Positions 28,925-39,469 of a stretch of 64,000 nt of DNA are shown here, piece after piece; position 1 is the first letter of the stretch; each line of letters starts with the position of its first letter. The DNA lies in assembly GCA_000091205.1 (NCBI GenBank), contig AP006501.2; one strand, 5' to 3'. Source of the stretch: Cyanidioschyzon merolae (lineage: Eukaryota). Under the pieces are notes generated by a model. The model was not told where the DNA came from. It worked only from the letters and a program-made list of their open reading frames with translations, and ran no database searches. Position numbers and translations under genes: made by a program.

Positions 28925-30079
28925 CTATCGCCCGCGCCCGAGTTCCTGCGGTGACACGCGAAGCGTGATCCAGGCGGGAAGCCCCCACTGCGGATCCGAG
29001 ACTGCCATCGCTTCCACAATTCGCTCATTTGCCTGAAGTGGATGACTCTCGGGCCAGGTCTGGAGCGTCGTCACGCTCGCGTAGCCCTCTCGGATGGCGA
29101 CCAGGTCGGAGTTCACGAAGCCGTACAGCGGCTCTGGGCGCCCTTCTGCGCCAATGATGACCATTTCGGCAGAGTCTGGTTTCTGTCCAGCACCACTTCG
29201 AAAGACATCACGATAAAAAATCGCTCCTAAATGCGTTGTACGCCATCGTCCCCAATGCCAACGGGCAGGGAAGTTCACATTCAGTACCAAGTCGCCATAA
29301 CAGAACGCACTCCACACCAGATCCAAAGCATCCTCTGATGCAGCATCTTCGTCTGCTGCGACGGATCTGTTTACCTCTGTGGCAGGAGCCAGTGCTTTGC
29401 CACAGACATCACAGTGCCGCCGAGGCGTGCACCGCACACTGCTTGCGGTACCGGATGCCGTAGAGGTCTGCAGGCCAGGTCTCGGTCCATGTTCCGAGCG
29501 CCCGTGCAGGTGCAAACTCCTACACGGATCGAGACGTCCAGCGTTGGGTGGCGTTAACGGTAATCGTTCCACGAGCAGGGATACCAGAAACGCAGCGCCT
29601 TGAACGCACGCCTCCTGCGAGTCGCGTTGCAACGGTTCGCCTGCGAGACTGAAGGCTACCGCTGGGAGACCATAGAATCCGGCTTGTCGTGCACCGGAGA
29701 ATGTGCCGCTATGCAAGATATCTTGAGCGAGATTCGCGCCCAAGTTCGGCCCAGAGACGACTACGCGTGCGCATTTACCGAGGCGGGCGAGCAGTCCGTT
29801 CGGCTCGATAGCCGTGATCACACAGTCAGCCGGCGAGCCTGCCAGCGAGTACACACCTGTCTTGAGATCCGCTCGGTGCACCAGCTCCATAGGCGTCGCA
29901 AGTGTCAGTCGGTGGCTGCACGCTGATTGGTTTGTTTTGGGTGCGATCACTACCACGTCGAGTGCGTACTGTTCCTCCAGCGCCGCGGCCAAGCGCAGCA
30001 GCAGCACGGACTCAACACCGTCATCGTTCGTTAAGAGAACACAGGGTTTCAATTCAGTTGTTGTCGTGGGGTGCTGCAT
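28925..30079 (-). CDS. surE: SurE-family 5'/3'-nucleotidase (survival protein SurE homologue) with C-terminal extension
   Basis: 'VLLTNDDGVESVLLLRLAAALEEQYALDVVVIAPKTNQSACSHRLTLATPMEL...YSLAGSPADCVITAIEPNGLL...VVSGPNLGANLAQDILHSGTFSGARQAGFYGLPAVAFSL' matches the SurE N-terminal catalytic motifs (NDDG, GTPxDCV, SGxNxGxN..SGT). The start is set at ATG 30077-30079 ('MQHPTTTTELKPCVLL'). The upstream part of the 520-aa ORF looks non-coding. Confidence 0.8.
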   Translation of the reverse strand: MQHPTTTTELKPCVLLTNDDGVESVLLLRLAAALEEQYALDVVVIAPKTNQSACSHRLTLATPMELVHRADLKTGVYSLAGSPADCVITAIEPNGLLARLGKCARVVVSGPNLGANLAQDILHSGTFSGARQAGFYGLPAVAFSLAGEPLQRDSQEACVQGAAFLVSLLVERLPLTPPNAGRLDPCRSLHLHGRSEHGPRPGLQTSTASGTASSVRCTPRRHCDVCGKALAPATEVNRSVAADEDAASEDALDLVWSAFCYGDLVLNVNFPARWHWGRWRTTHLGAIFYRDVFRSGAGQKPDSAEMVIIGAEGRPEPLYGFVNSDLVAIREGYASVTTLQTWPESHPLQANERIVEAMAVSDPQWGLPAWITLRVSPQELGRGR

Positions 30080-30489
30080 TTTCCAAAGCGCACCCCGCTT
30101 TGTACACGGGCCGCCAGGCAGACACTTGAGAAGCACTCGGCTGGTACCTTGGTCGCGTTGCGTGCACCAGTGCCTAAGACGCTGGGCTCGAGTGCGGAAA
30201 CGCCAGGGAGTGGACCTATTTTTCCAAGTTGCTTGCAGCGCAACGTACATCAAGTCATCCAGCACTACAAGTCGTTTGAATACCACCTGGATAACCTGTT
30301 CTATGCACTCGAATAGACAGCAGCATACAGTCGCGACACCTCGACGAATTTGCGTGCTGGGGCGCTCTCTGTGGAGCTGGCGATAATGTTCCTTGAAATG
30401 AATGCCTCCGCATGGCGGTGCTTCAACGAGCGTTTTCCCGGAAAGGCGGCGGCGGCGGCACGGTTGCGGACTTCTGGGAATACTCATGT

Positions 30490-31640
30490 GCGGTTGACAT
30501 GGACTATCGAACGTCTCGCTCTGTTCCTGCTTTTCGGGGGCTTCCGAAGTTGTTTTAGATGCACATCATCGATTGAGGACCTGCAGCAAAGAGTGCTGAC
30601 AGGTTCATACGTAGTTCAAAGACGCTCAGCGGGTCTTTTCGGAGTGGCTGTTTCGATGCGGTGCAGCTGGGCGGATTCGCTCCGTCTCGGGGATCGAGAT
30701 GATTCGCGACGCTCGCGAACCAGGAATCGTGAAATCACGGATAGCATGATCCAGTTCGTACGGCCAAGGCTCTACGTTTCACTTTTCCTCAGGTCTAGCA
30801 CGCTTCGAGATTAAGATCTTGATGTTTCATGGCAAAGATTTGGCGCAGGTTTTCGCGCTGCTGGATGCATAAGGAGAAATGCTCGACATCTTCCATGGAT
30901 GACTTGTTCGCGAGTGCGTACCAAAAGTTGGCTGTATTTGTCGCATTCAATCATGGATTATTTTCGAAATATGAACCCTCAGTTTGTGGCCGTTGGCGAA
31001 ACGGATTCCACGGTAGCACGATATCTCTCACAGGATCTGCCACCAGACGCTCCCATCTATCGTGCTTTTCATAGCTAGGTATCTTGGACTGGGGTTTGAG
31101 GTATCGCATCGACCTCATTCAATGGAGAATGCGTCGTCGCTTTGCACGAAGGAGGCCTGAACGGATCGAAACTTTTCGACTTGTTCTCCAGGCGGGATTT
31201 TCATTCCGATGCTTGTTTCATGACGGACGACATCGCTTGCCGCAGATTCTCCTATCGAATGGAAGAGCGTGCGCCTGCTTGTGCATCTGCCAGAGCAGTC
31301 GTCAATGGGATCGCCCAGGTAATGCCAGTGCTCGTCTGGTGCGGTACTGGGCGCGGAAACGAATTAGGGTATCGGCAGGAGCGCTCTGTAACCGTCCAGG
31401 GCATCTGGTGAGCTATGGAGTGCGCCTCGACGCAATACGGGGCGGTCCACAGGGTAGCAGGTGTGATGTACGGATCGAAACGCCTGACAACCGCCATGCA
31501 TGACCGTTGGGAAAGGAGCACTCGGGCCATAAACAGAGAGAATGACAATGACGAGCGAGGCGTAGACTGCAACCACCGCCTGTGCATGACGTGCGTAGAC
31601 GACAACCCGAAGCAGTGCCATCGAGACCCAAACGCTGACA
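30490..31640. repeat. Dispersed repeat family R1, copy A (~1.1 kb, degenerate)
   Basis: It shares ordered homology islands with 48395-49450: 'ctcgctctgttcctgcYtttc', 'ttagatgYRca', 'gatgattcgcRacgc', the ~95-bp block 'cttgttctcYag.c.gga.att.ca..c.g.tgcttgtttcat....aca.catc.cttgc..aatc.c.t.atc.aatgga.gag', 'ggcatctggYgagc.atg.g', and 'ccgcctRtgcatgacRtgcgtWgacRacaRcccgRaagc'. Spacing between islands is conserved (~1.0-1.06 kb). Confidence 0.7.
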
Positions 31641-33062
31641 TTCACATTACAAGGGTGCTGACAACGGAGCTGCCGGGAAACGAGACACCGGGCATAAATG
31701 GAACCGCAAGTCAGAGAGAGGAATACGAAGCAATCGCTTAAAGAAGCCCGTGAACACTGACGATAATCACCCTGAGAACAGACACAAACTTTACTGCCAA
31801 CGACCGCGTTGGACGACTTGCTTCCTTCTTGACTGATATTCATGCACCATCCAAATGATCCTACACCCGAAGGAGGAAATCGTGTTGGCAATATCTGAAA
31901 TCCCTGTTTTGCTGGAACGATTCGAAACCTGTAGGAAATCGGGCCGCGAACACTGCCTGTCCGCACTTGTTTTTCTTTTTTCGTATGACGCAGCGTCGCG
32001 CATCTTGTCGCGGGTCACCGAATACGCGATCGCGATCAGCATCAAAACGAGCATCTATGATACTGCACCGGATTTTCAAATAACACGGCTCACATTGCAG
32101 TCTTCGCTTGGGCATAATGGTTCCCTGGAACGACCATCCGCGTGCCGAGCGTACCATGGGTGCCCAGAGCGGCGCTTAGAATGCTGGTTCGTATGCTGCA
32201 CCAAGACGAAACGACTTTGGCGTACTCTTGAGGTCCTCGGCTCGAGGGCGAACCCCCGGGTACCTCGTCGTCAGGCAACGGAGCCATGACCACTCGATTT
32301 GCGACGCGGTCGTAGCTGCTCTGACACGCTGACGCATCGAACGGAGCGTATGGTAGCGATCCCAGTGCCAATGGAACCGAAGCTGCTCGAGTGCCGCGCG
32401 ACTACGCGAGCTTTCATGGTGGACCACGGGCTGCTGGTGCGCGCTGTTGTTTTCGGGCCCGAAGAGAATTCATTGATTGGTGCATTGCGTTCCTTTTTAA
32501 CAACGAGTCCGTTCCTCTATATTTCCAGCGAGAATTGGCGCTGCGAGATGGTTTCTTTTGAACAGCTCTCTTGAATCAGGCCGAGCTCGGTTGGCCCAAT
32601 CGCTCCCCGGAAAATGAAGGACGCTTCGATGCGGCCCCCGGTTCTGGTGCTGCGGTGAAATCGTCTGCGGCTGCAGAACCGGCCGTAGACACCATTGTGA
32701 AGCCCAGTAACCAGCGCTGGCGTCGTTCAAAACTCAATGGACATAAAGATACAGGGTCGTGTCACCGGTCTGATGGTAGTGCTTTCCAAAATGCGTCGCG
32801 AGGTCGAGACTCACCTGTAGCAACTCCTTGGCATCACGAGAAGCATGGATCTCGCGGAGCGTCTGGCCTCGGGTGACGGCTGTAACGGACGCACATCCAT
32901 CGCAACTGGTGCAGATGGATCCAGCGGACGCGTATCCTTGGCCTGAGGCCATCGGCGCGCGCCTCGCACTGTTGCCGAGTCATCCTCGGCATCGGTATGC
33001 ATGTCCACTGACGTCCGGGTCTTGAGGGCGAACCTGTGCGGCAGTACGCGCAGCACAACCGC

Positions 33063-33584
33063 TCAAGTAGCCGGCTGAAGCCGGATACAGTGATCCAGAC
33101 TCCCGTCGCAACCGCTGTAGTAGTAGCGTATCGCTTGTCTGCCCGTTGCATACGCACACGATACGCGTCCGTCAAAACAGAAGAAATACTCGCTTCCCGA
33201 GCGCAGCACCGACACCGTCAAGTTGTACTGCCGCGTATCGGGTAAATCAATAGCTTCTTCCAGCCCCAGTACGAGCAAGTTGCATCCCCCGGAGGCTGTG
33301 TATGAACAGTTCCGAAACTCCGCCGAGCTAGAGCTTTCCGCTGCACACGCGAGCTCCGTCTTCGTGCAGTGCAGGTCCCAGGTGTCAAAGTTCAGGTGCG
33401 AGTCGGGTAAGGCAAACGTCGTGACGTTCGCGTCCGACAGACGCAAAAGCGTCAAGTCCTGTTCCGTCAGGGAATCAAAAAAAGGCAACACTGGGCGCGC
33501 TCCTTCAATATGAGTACATAAAAAGCTCAGAAAAAACACCAAGTAAACCGTAATTATCGCAAAGCGTCCAATATGCCTATGCAT
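33063..33584 (-). CDS. Putative secreted Cys-rich protein (hypothetical)
   Basis: The N-terminal signal peptide is hydrophobic ('MHRHIGRFAIITVYLVFFLSFLCTHIEGA'). There are 10 Cys and NxS/T sites. ATG at 33582-33584. No homology recognised. Confidence 0.35.
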   Translation of the reverse strand: MHRHIGRFAIITVYLVFFLSFLCTHIEGARPVLPFFDSLTEQDLTLLRLSDANVTTFALPDSHLNFDTWDLHCTKTELACAAESSSSAEFRNCSYTASGGCNLLVLGLEEAIDLPDTRQYNLTVSVLRSGSEYFFCFDGRVSCAYATGRQAIRYYYSGCDGSLDHCIRLQPAT

Positions 33585-34409
33585 GATACGCTATACGTGC
33601 ACAAGTCAAATGAATTCGATCGTCAAGACCAATATCGTGTACGCAATGGATCCGAAACAATGCACCACGAAAGGCGCTCTCGATACATGGCACGCTCAGG
33701 CGCCCAATTTGGTACCACGCGATCCGAGCACGCGCGGAGGCGTCCCCCACGGATCGGCGTCCTGCATTTGTCGAGACGCCACGAAACGAATGGGCGCACT
33801 CGTTGCAGGACAATTTTGTGATCGTGGACACGGGCGAGGCGTGCGTCGCGGATCGCCTGGGACCCTCAGTCGAATGCGTGCGTGTGGTGTGTGGGTTCAG
33901 GTTGTGATCGTCGACACGGGCGATTTTTGGAGCGAGAATTTATACGCACCAGGGATCCCTGATTGCGCGATAGAACGTCAGCGATCGGGAACGCGTCCGT
34001 CGATCCGCCAGCCCCCGAGTTCCAGTGTCCCTAGTAGACCGCGCGGGGTTTCTGATCATTTCGTTGATTCCTCTGTGCGCCGAGTCTGCGATGAGTGCCC
34101 GTGATGGCAGGTGTAGCGTCGGTGCGGACGCTGCACGGAGATGCAGTCGTTTTTTGCCATGCCCGTTAGGGCATCGTCTTGAGGTGTCGTGCACTCGAAA
34201 AGGGAGTCGGGTCTCTCTCCTTCGAACTGTTATCGAAGCGTGTGCGTGTGCAGACCTGATTTCGCGGGACAAGACGTGGGAGACAACTCGTTCGTTCACG
34301 TAAATGCATGGCGGAAACGAGTTACGCCTCTGCAGTCGTGTGTGGAATGAGTTGACGGCACGTGATGCGGGCCCATACGGCGCATTCGACCTGTGTGAAG
34401 CTACACGGT

Positions 34410-34875
34410 TCGCTGGACTTGCGTTCTGATGCGTTTCGCTGGACTCCGCACCTAAAAGGCAGAATATGAGTTTGGTGGCCACCAGCGAGCGTTGCGACTC
34501 GGTTGGAGACCCGCGAGCGGCCAGGGCTACACCAGGCGTGAGCGGTCACCCGTCATCCTCGAAAGGAACATCCAGAAGCTGCAGTCCCTCGAAGAAGCAG
34601 CTGCCTTCCCTATGTTAACACAGGCACTGTAAGCGTGCCAGCGTTTCAGTGTTCCTGTCCCTACAGTAGGACCAGTGTGATTTCCCGTGTGCATGCAGCG
34701 TTCCGATACGGCATGAAGGCGGTGCTAGCCAGAACGCACCGACGCGCATGCTGGCGAGCCAGTGGCTAGCTCGAGCATGCTCCGGGGATTCCAGCACCTC
34801 CCACAAGCACTTGCGGGTCCATGCTAGGCCCTAGTCCCGGTACAGAGTCCAACTAGCGCTGAAGACTCGAATTTT
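34410..34875. repeat. Dispersed repeat family R2, copy a (~465 bp), upstream of the actin-like gene
   Basis: ~70-75% identical over its length to 39470-39940. Example: 'ggcactgtaagcgtgccagcgtttcagtgttcctgtccctacagtaggaccagtgtgatttcccgtgtgcatgc' versus 'gggcactgtaagcctaactatgtcagcgtgtcggggatctcgtttccacagcagggacagtgtgattcccagagtg'. Another shared block runs from '..ctcgagca(tg/ag)(c/t)cc(gg)gga(a)ttccagc(a/g)cctccca(c/cc)a(g)(c/t)acttgc'. Confidence 0.8.
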
Positions 34876-36023
34876 TTTCTTCTTTGGTGTTCCCACTGTT
34901 TTTCTTGGACCATACATTGGAGTCGTCGTGAGCCTTCCCTGTTCATGAGAGAACGATTGGAGGCTATCCTCGGCGAGGAGCCGCTTCGTTCAAACCTGCA
35001 TCGATCTTGCCCAGGTACTCTTGTAATGCTTTGGAGCAGATATAGTGATTCGGTCGAAGCAGATGCGCGTGCTGGGGTGGTATAGTCCAAATGCACACTC
35101 GGCACTTGGTCGCCATCGCATCTATCTAAGGTCCATTTAGTTCACGTCCAAGCGCTAGGGAACCGGGCGTTGGGCTCTGTACCGAGCATCCTGCCATGAT
35201 TCGTATCGTCCTGCTGGCAGCGGTCTGTATACACGAAGCGATTGCGGGGTTCAGGGCGGACCACGAGGCGCCCCAGGTCGCTGCCTGTACGTTACACGTC
35301 CCGAATGCCGTGGTACAGCTGCATGCGGACACCGCGAGGTCCGGCAGGATGTACGATACACGTCCTGAATACCCTGGTACAGCTGAATACGGACATCGCG
35401 GGGTCAGACAGCAGCATGCGCGCGAGCGCTATGCACCTCTTCATCTTGATGATCATCTCGCCCAGATGCTCGATAGCAACCGGCGTCGATACTAGGCAAA
35501 CTCTCCGGTTACAGGCGGCTTTCGGAATTTCCTTCCCATAGGCAAGCGCCACGAGCGGTCGCGGAAACGCTGTGAATGGCCGTGAGTGACCATGACCCGG
35601 AACTTGGATGCATCGATATCCATCTCTCGACGATCTGCCTAGGCACTGACTTGTTGCATTCTTTCAGCGAATGCTTCCGGGCACGGCGCCAGCAATACGA
35701 CAGCATCAATGAGTACGAGCCTCGCGATGCAGTCTTCATAACGATGCCCCTCTTGATCCCTGTATTATGGATCTCCGAGGTCCATCCACTGAAGCTCCGT
35801 TCCGCATTGCCAGCACCGATCTCGATGACTGGCCTTGAAGGTATTTTGAAAAAGCGCGGGGGTGCCGGACCGCCCTCAAACATTCCTCGACAAGCGCGCG
35901 CTCCCGATGCGCACGATCGCTCCAAAGCCGAAACGACGATGTGCGTACTCGCGTTTCTCCTTCGAAACCGGCTGGGACTTGCATGTGCGCTCCCAATCGC
36001 TTGAGCGGCATCATCCCCAGCAT

Positions 36024-37181
36024 ATGATAAGCGACAAACCCGCAGCAGTGGTAGACTTTGGTACAGGCTATGTGAAAGCTGGCTTCGCAGGCGACACGAA
36101 GCCTCGGGTTGTCCTCCCGAACTGTGTCGGACGTCCGTTCGCAAAGGCCGCAGCCGAGCCTTTTGTTGCCCGGAGCGGCGGCAGTGCGCTCGTCGTTGGA
36201 GACCAGGCGCTCAATAAGCGAGCGACAGGCCTCGCCCTCACATACCCGCTGCAGAATGGAATCGTCCAGGACTGGGAAGCCGCAGAAGCCGTATGGTCGC
36301 ATCTCTTCAGCGTGGAACTTGGGATAGACCCGCAACAGCACCCGGTGCTCTGTACCGAGGCTCCACTCAACCCGCGACGCAATCGAGAACAACTCGCAAC
36401 ACTTGTCTTTGAAGCGTTTGGTGTACCTGCTTTCTTCATGGTCGTTCAGGCGGTGCTCGCGCTTTACGCAACCGGTCGAACCACGGGTGCTGTGTTGGAC
36501 CTCGGCGACGGGGTCACCCATGTCGTTCCGGTTTACGACGGATACTGTCTACCACACGCGGTGCGGCGTTTGAACCTCGCCGGACGCGACCTAACAGACT
36601 TGGCAGCAAAGCTTCTCAATAGCGAGTGCGGTTTATCGACGCATAGTCGACCTTCTGTGGTGCGAGAGATCGCACGACAAGTCAAAGAGCAGCATTGTTA
36701 TGTTGCTCCCGATTGGGAAGCCGAGAACCACCGCTTTCAGCAGGATCCAGACGCATTTCTCCGTCGCTATCTCCTTCCTGATGGGCAAGAGTTAGCGTTC
36801 AAAGAGTTGAGGTTTACGGTTCCGGAGTGTTTGTTTCAGCCGGCGCTCATGGGTATGGATGCGCCTGGCATTCACGAGCTGCTCTTGGACGCCATCCAGA
36901 AATGCGACGTCGATCTGCGACGCAGCCTCTACGGCGGTATTGTGCTGAGTGGTGGTTCCAGCCTGTTTCCCGGCTTACCGGAGCGCCTCCACGCTGAGCT
37001 TGCAAAGCAGATTCCCGGCGCTGGGGTCCAAACCAAGATCGTAGCAGGGCCTGATCGCCGGTTTGCGGTGTTTCAGGGTGGTGCAGTGCTTGCCGGACTC
37101 GATACTTTCGAGCAGATGTGGATTACACGTGCCGAATACGATGAATTCGGGCCGCAGATTGTTCATCGAAAATGCCTGTAG
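36024..37181 (+). CDS. Actin-family protein (divergent actin / actin-related protein)
   Basis: '[32 protein letters not shown]', '[24 protein letters not shown]', '[87 protein letters not shown]' and a C-terminus '...[36 protein letters not shown]' (actin ends IVHRKCF). 385 aa from ATG 36024. It is too divergent for a conventional actin. Confidence 0.88.
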   Translation: [385 protein letters not shown]

Positions 37182-37799
37182 AAGAGCCTGTCTTGAAGTT
37201 TCCGCTATTGCTTCATACCGGGAGCGGGCATCTTTGAACAAGCGTTTCGATACCAGTCAACATGCGGAGACCTCGATGAAGCGCACCGCACGCTGAACGG
37301 TGCTTCTGACGACGAATCCTCGCTTCGACGTGGAGCGCTGCTGCAGGCTGCTGCATGTCGACAAGTGGTGCAATCTATCGGACGTTGTGTGCAGAGGCGC
37401 GTCACGAGCCCAGTGCGCAACTGCACGCGCCTAGCAAGATGCGCATTCGCGTGCTCGAAAGCTTTCCTCCCAGAAGCGTTTCATCCAGGATCTTGTCAGG
37501 CAACTGGAACATCAGAAGCGCAGCGTCGGATTCGTCATCGAGAGTTCGGCACAGAAATCAGGCTCCAGCAGCCGGGTACTTTGGGTGATTCGCCTACGTG
37601 AGTGCCTGTCAGCGTTCGTGCCTACCAGCTCATCTGCGTGTCTATCTAGCCTACGTGTCTAGCCTACGTGTCTGTCTTCATGCGTGCACGCATGCACGCT
37701 TATTATGGAATGCAACATCCATACCTGTGGTCCAAATTCTAGTCAGACTTGCGCAAACAATTGCCATGGACATGAATGTCAGATTCAAGCAGGTTCTCT

Positions 37800-39104
37800 C
37801 TAGATGAAGATATACAGCAAAAACTCAAGGTAGAATACGTTCCATATTCCCTTGTAGTACGTTCGCAACGCTTCGAGGTTCTCTGGTCCCAGGCGCATCA
37901 AGCGCCCATGAACCTGCGTTAAAAAGTACCAGCTCAATGCTAAATGTCCGAAACCGAAAACCCAGACGCGAAAGTGAAACCGAGCCTCCGGCATTAAGGA
38001 TATAGCTGCAACGCCTACGAGCATGGAAGAGAGCGTTGCTGACGCCATACGCGCCACCTTGGCGACGCCCAGCCTACTCGCAAACGTCGGCACCTGATGC
38101 AGTCGGTCACCGTGCACGTCCGGTAGGTCTTTGGTGACCGCGATGACCCCCGCAAACACCGACATGATCATAATGAACAGACGCAGCGCTGGTGTCCAGG
38201 AAAGATTCAGACGGAGCGCCTCTTTGGTGGCGACGTAGACTCCGATGTTCAACAAAAGACCACGGACACAGGCAATGGTGAGCGCAGCCAACAACGGCAC
38301 GTTACGCCATCGAAAGGGAGGTACGCTGTACAGCGCGCCTATCGTCGTACCGACTAGATAAAGACCTAGAATCGTGCGAGAGAAATGGCGGTAAACGATC
38401 CACACGCCCAGCGCGATGGATGCGATACAGAGCATCCATGCTTGCTTGGTCGTCATCATCCCAGCCGCCAGCGGTAAAAAAGGTTTATTGACGCGGTCCA
38501 CGTCACGGTCATAGATTTGATTGATGCCAACAATAAACGCGTTGCCGAGCACGAGAGCAAAGATTCCCCAGAGAGCCTTGGGCACCAGCGTCCAGTCCAG
38601 ACTCACTAGGATACCCGTAAGCGTTCCGAGAAACTCGGACCCCAGCCTCCCTGCCGGAACGAGACTTCCAGCTGATGATTTCGACCGTGCCAACAGCTGT
38701 TCCCTAGAGTCTATAATAGCGCGAATGCAGCCGGTTAACGCAGCGAGAAAGGTCCCTCGCACGGTGTGCGGTCGAGTGAACGCGTACAACGCTGCGAACC
38801 GTCGTTCAAACGAAAGCCACAGCTGCGCAGATCCGTTTTTATCCCCTACTTGGTCAATGTGTCCCTCTCGTGCTACACTAAGACCGGCACTGGCACCGGT
38901 TCCGGCACTCGCGTTGCCAGACTCGGACGCGGGCGCACTTGCGTAGAGCCGACGCAGTACGTCTCCGCTCCGTTTTGGTGTAGTGCGACACGCGAACCTC
39001 ACTTGGTCGCCACAGAAACCTGCCCGTCGATGCAACTTAAGACCAACATGCTTCAGACCCGCTCGCTCGACCTGGAGGCAACGTCCGCTCACGGCAAGGA
39101 ACAT
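37800..39104 (-). CDS. Homogentisate prenyltransferase (UbiA superfamily; phytyl/solanesyl-transferase-type, tocopherol/plastoquinone pathway) with N-terminal transit-peptide-like extension
   Basis: First Asp-rich motif 'GNAFIVGINQIYDRDVDRVNKPFLPLAAG' (NQxxDxxxDxxNKP) and second motif 'KDLPDVHGD' are typical of homogentisate prenyltransferases; ~8 predicted TM helices; ATG at 39102-39104. Confidence 0.78.
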   Translation of the reverse strand: MFLAVSGRCLQVERAGLKHVGLKLHRRAGFCGDQVRFACRTTPKRSGDVLRRLYASAPASESGNASAGTGASAGLSVAREGHIDQVGDKNGSAQLWLSFERRFAALYAFTRPHTVRGTFLAALTGCIRAIIDSREQLLARSKSSAGSLVPAGRLGSEFLGTLTGILVSLDWTLVPKALWGIFALVLGNAFIVGINQIYDRDVDRVNKPFLPLAAGMMTTKQAWMLCIASIALGVWIVYRHFSRTILGLYLVGTTIGALYSVPPFRWRNVPLLAALTIACVRGLLLNIGVYVATKEALRLNLSWTPALRLFIMIMSVFAGVIAVTKDLPDVHGDRLHQVPTFASRLGVAKVARMASATLSSMLVGVAAISLMPEARFHFRVWVFGFGHLALSWYFLTQVHGRLMRLGPENLEALRTYYKGIWNVFYLEFLLYIFI

Positions 39105-39469
39105 GAGCTTGACAAGCTCGTGTTCCCAGCGTCCCAGGGTATGCTGGCTGCGGGATCACGGTGAGCGCAGCGCGCCGCGCAGCGTCGGTGCGGGCGCTGC
39201 ATGTAGACAGAACGGCTTTTCTAGACTGCAGAGGGCGTTGGCTCGAGGGGTGCTTCACCCGACGTAGAGTCGGAATTCATCATCATGATACGATCAGAAA
39301 GTCTGCGGATGCAGGCTTGTCTTCGCTGCACGGCACGCTGGAGAAACTTGGTTGTTAGGATGAATTCTGGGAGCCGCCTCTCTCCTTCGTGCTCCTGCAA
39401 GGAATGCGTTGTTGTTGGTTGGCAATGCGGGTTTGTGGTTGACACCCACCCACAGTGGGTAGGCGCAGA

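Noticed and set aside
30080-30487. N-terminal 136 aa of the 520-aa ORF containing SurE
   Set aside because: There is no SurE homology and no features. SurE homology begins exactly at the internal ATG (30077-30079, 'MQHPTTTTELKPCVLLTNDDG'), so the upstream part is read-through of non-coding DNA in a GC-rich genome.
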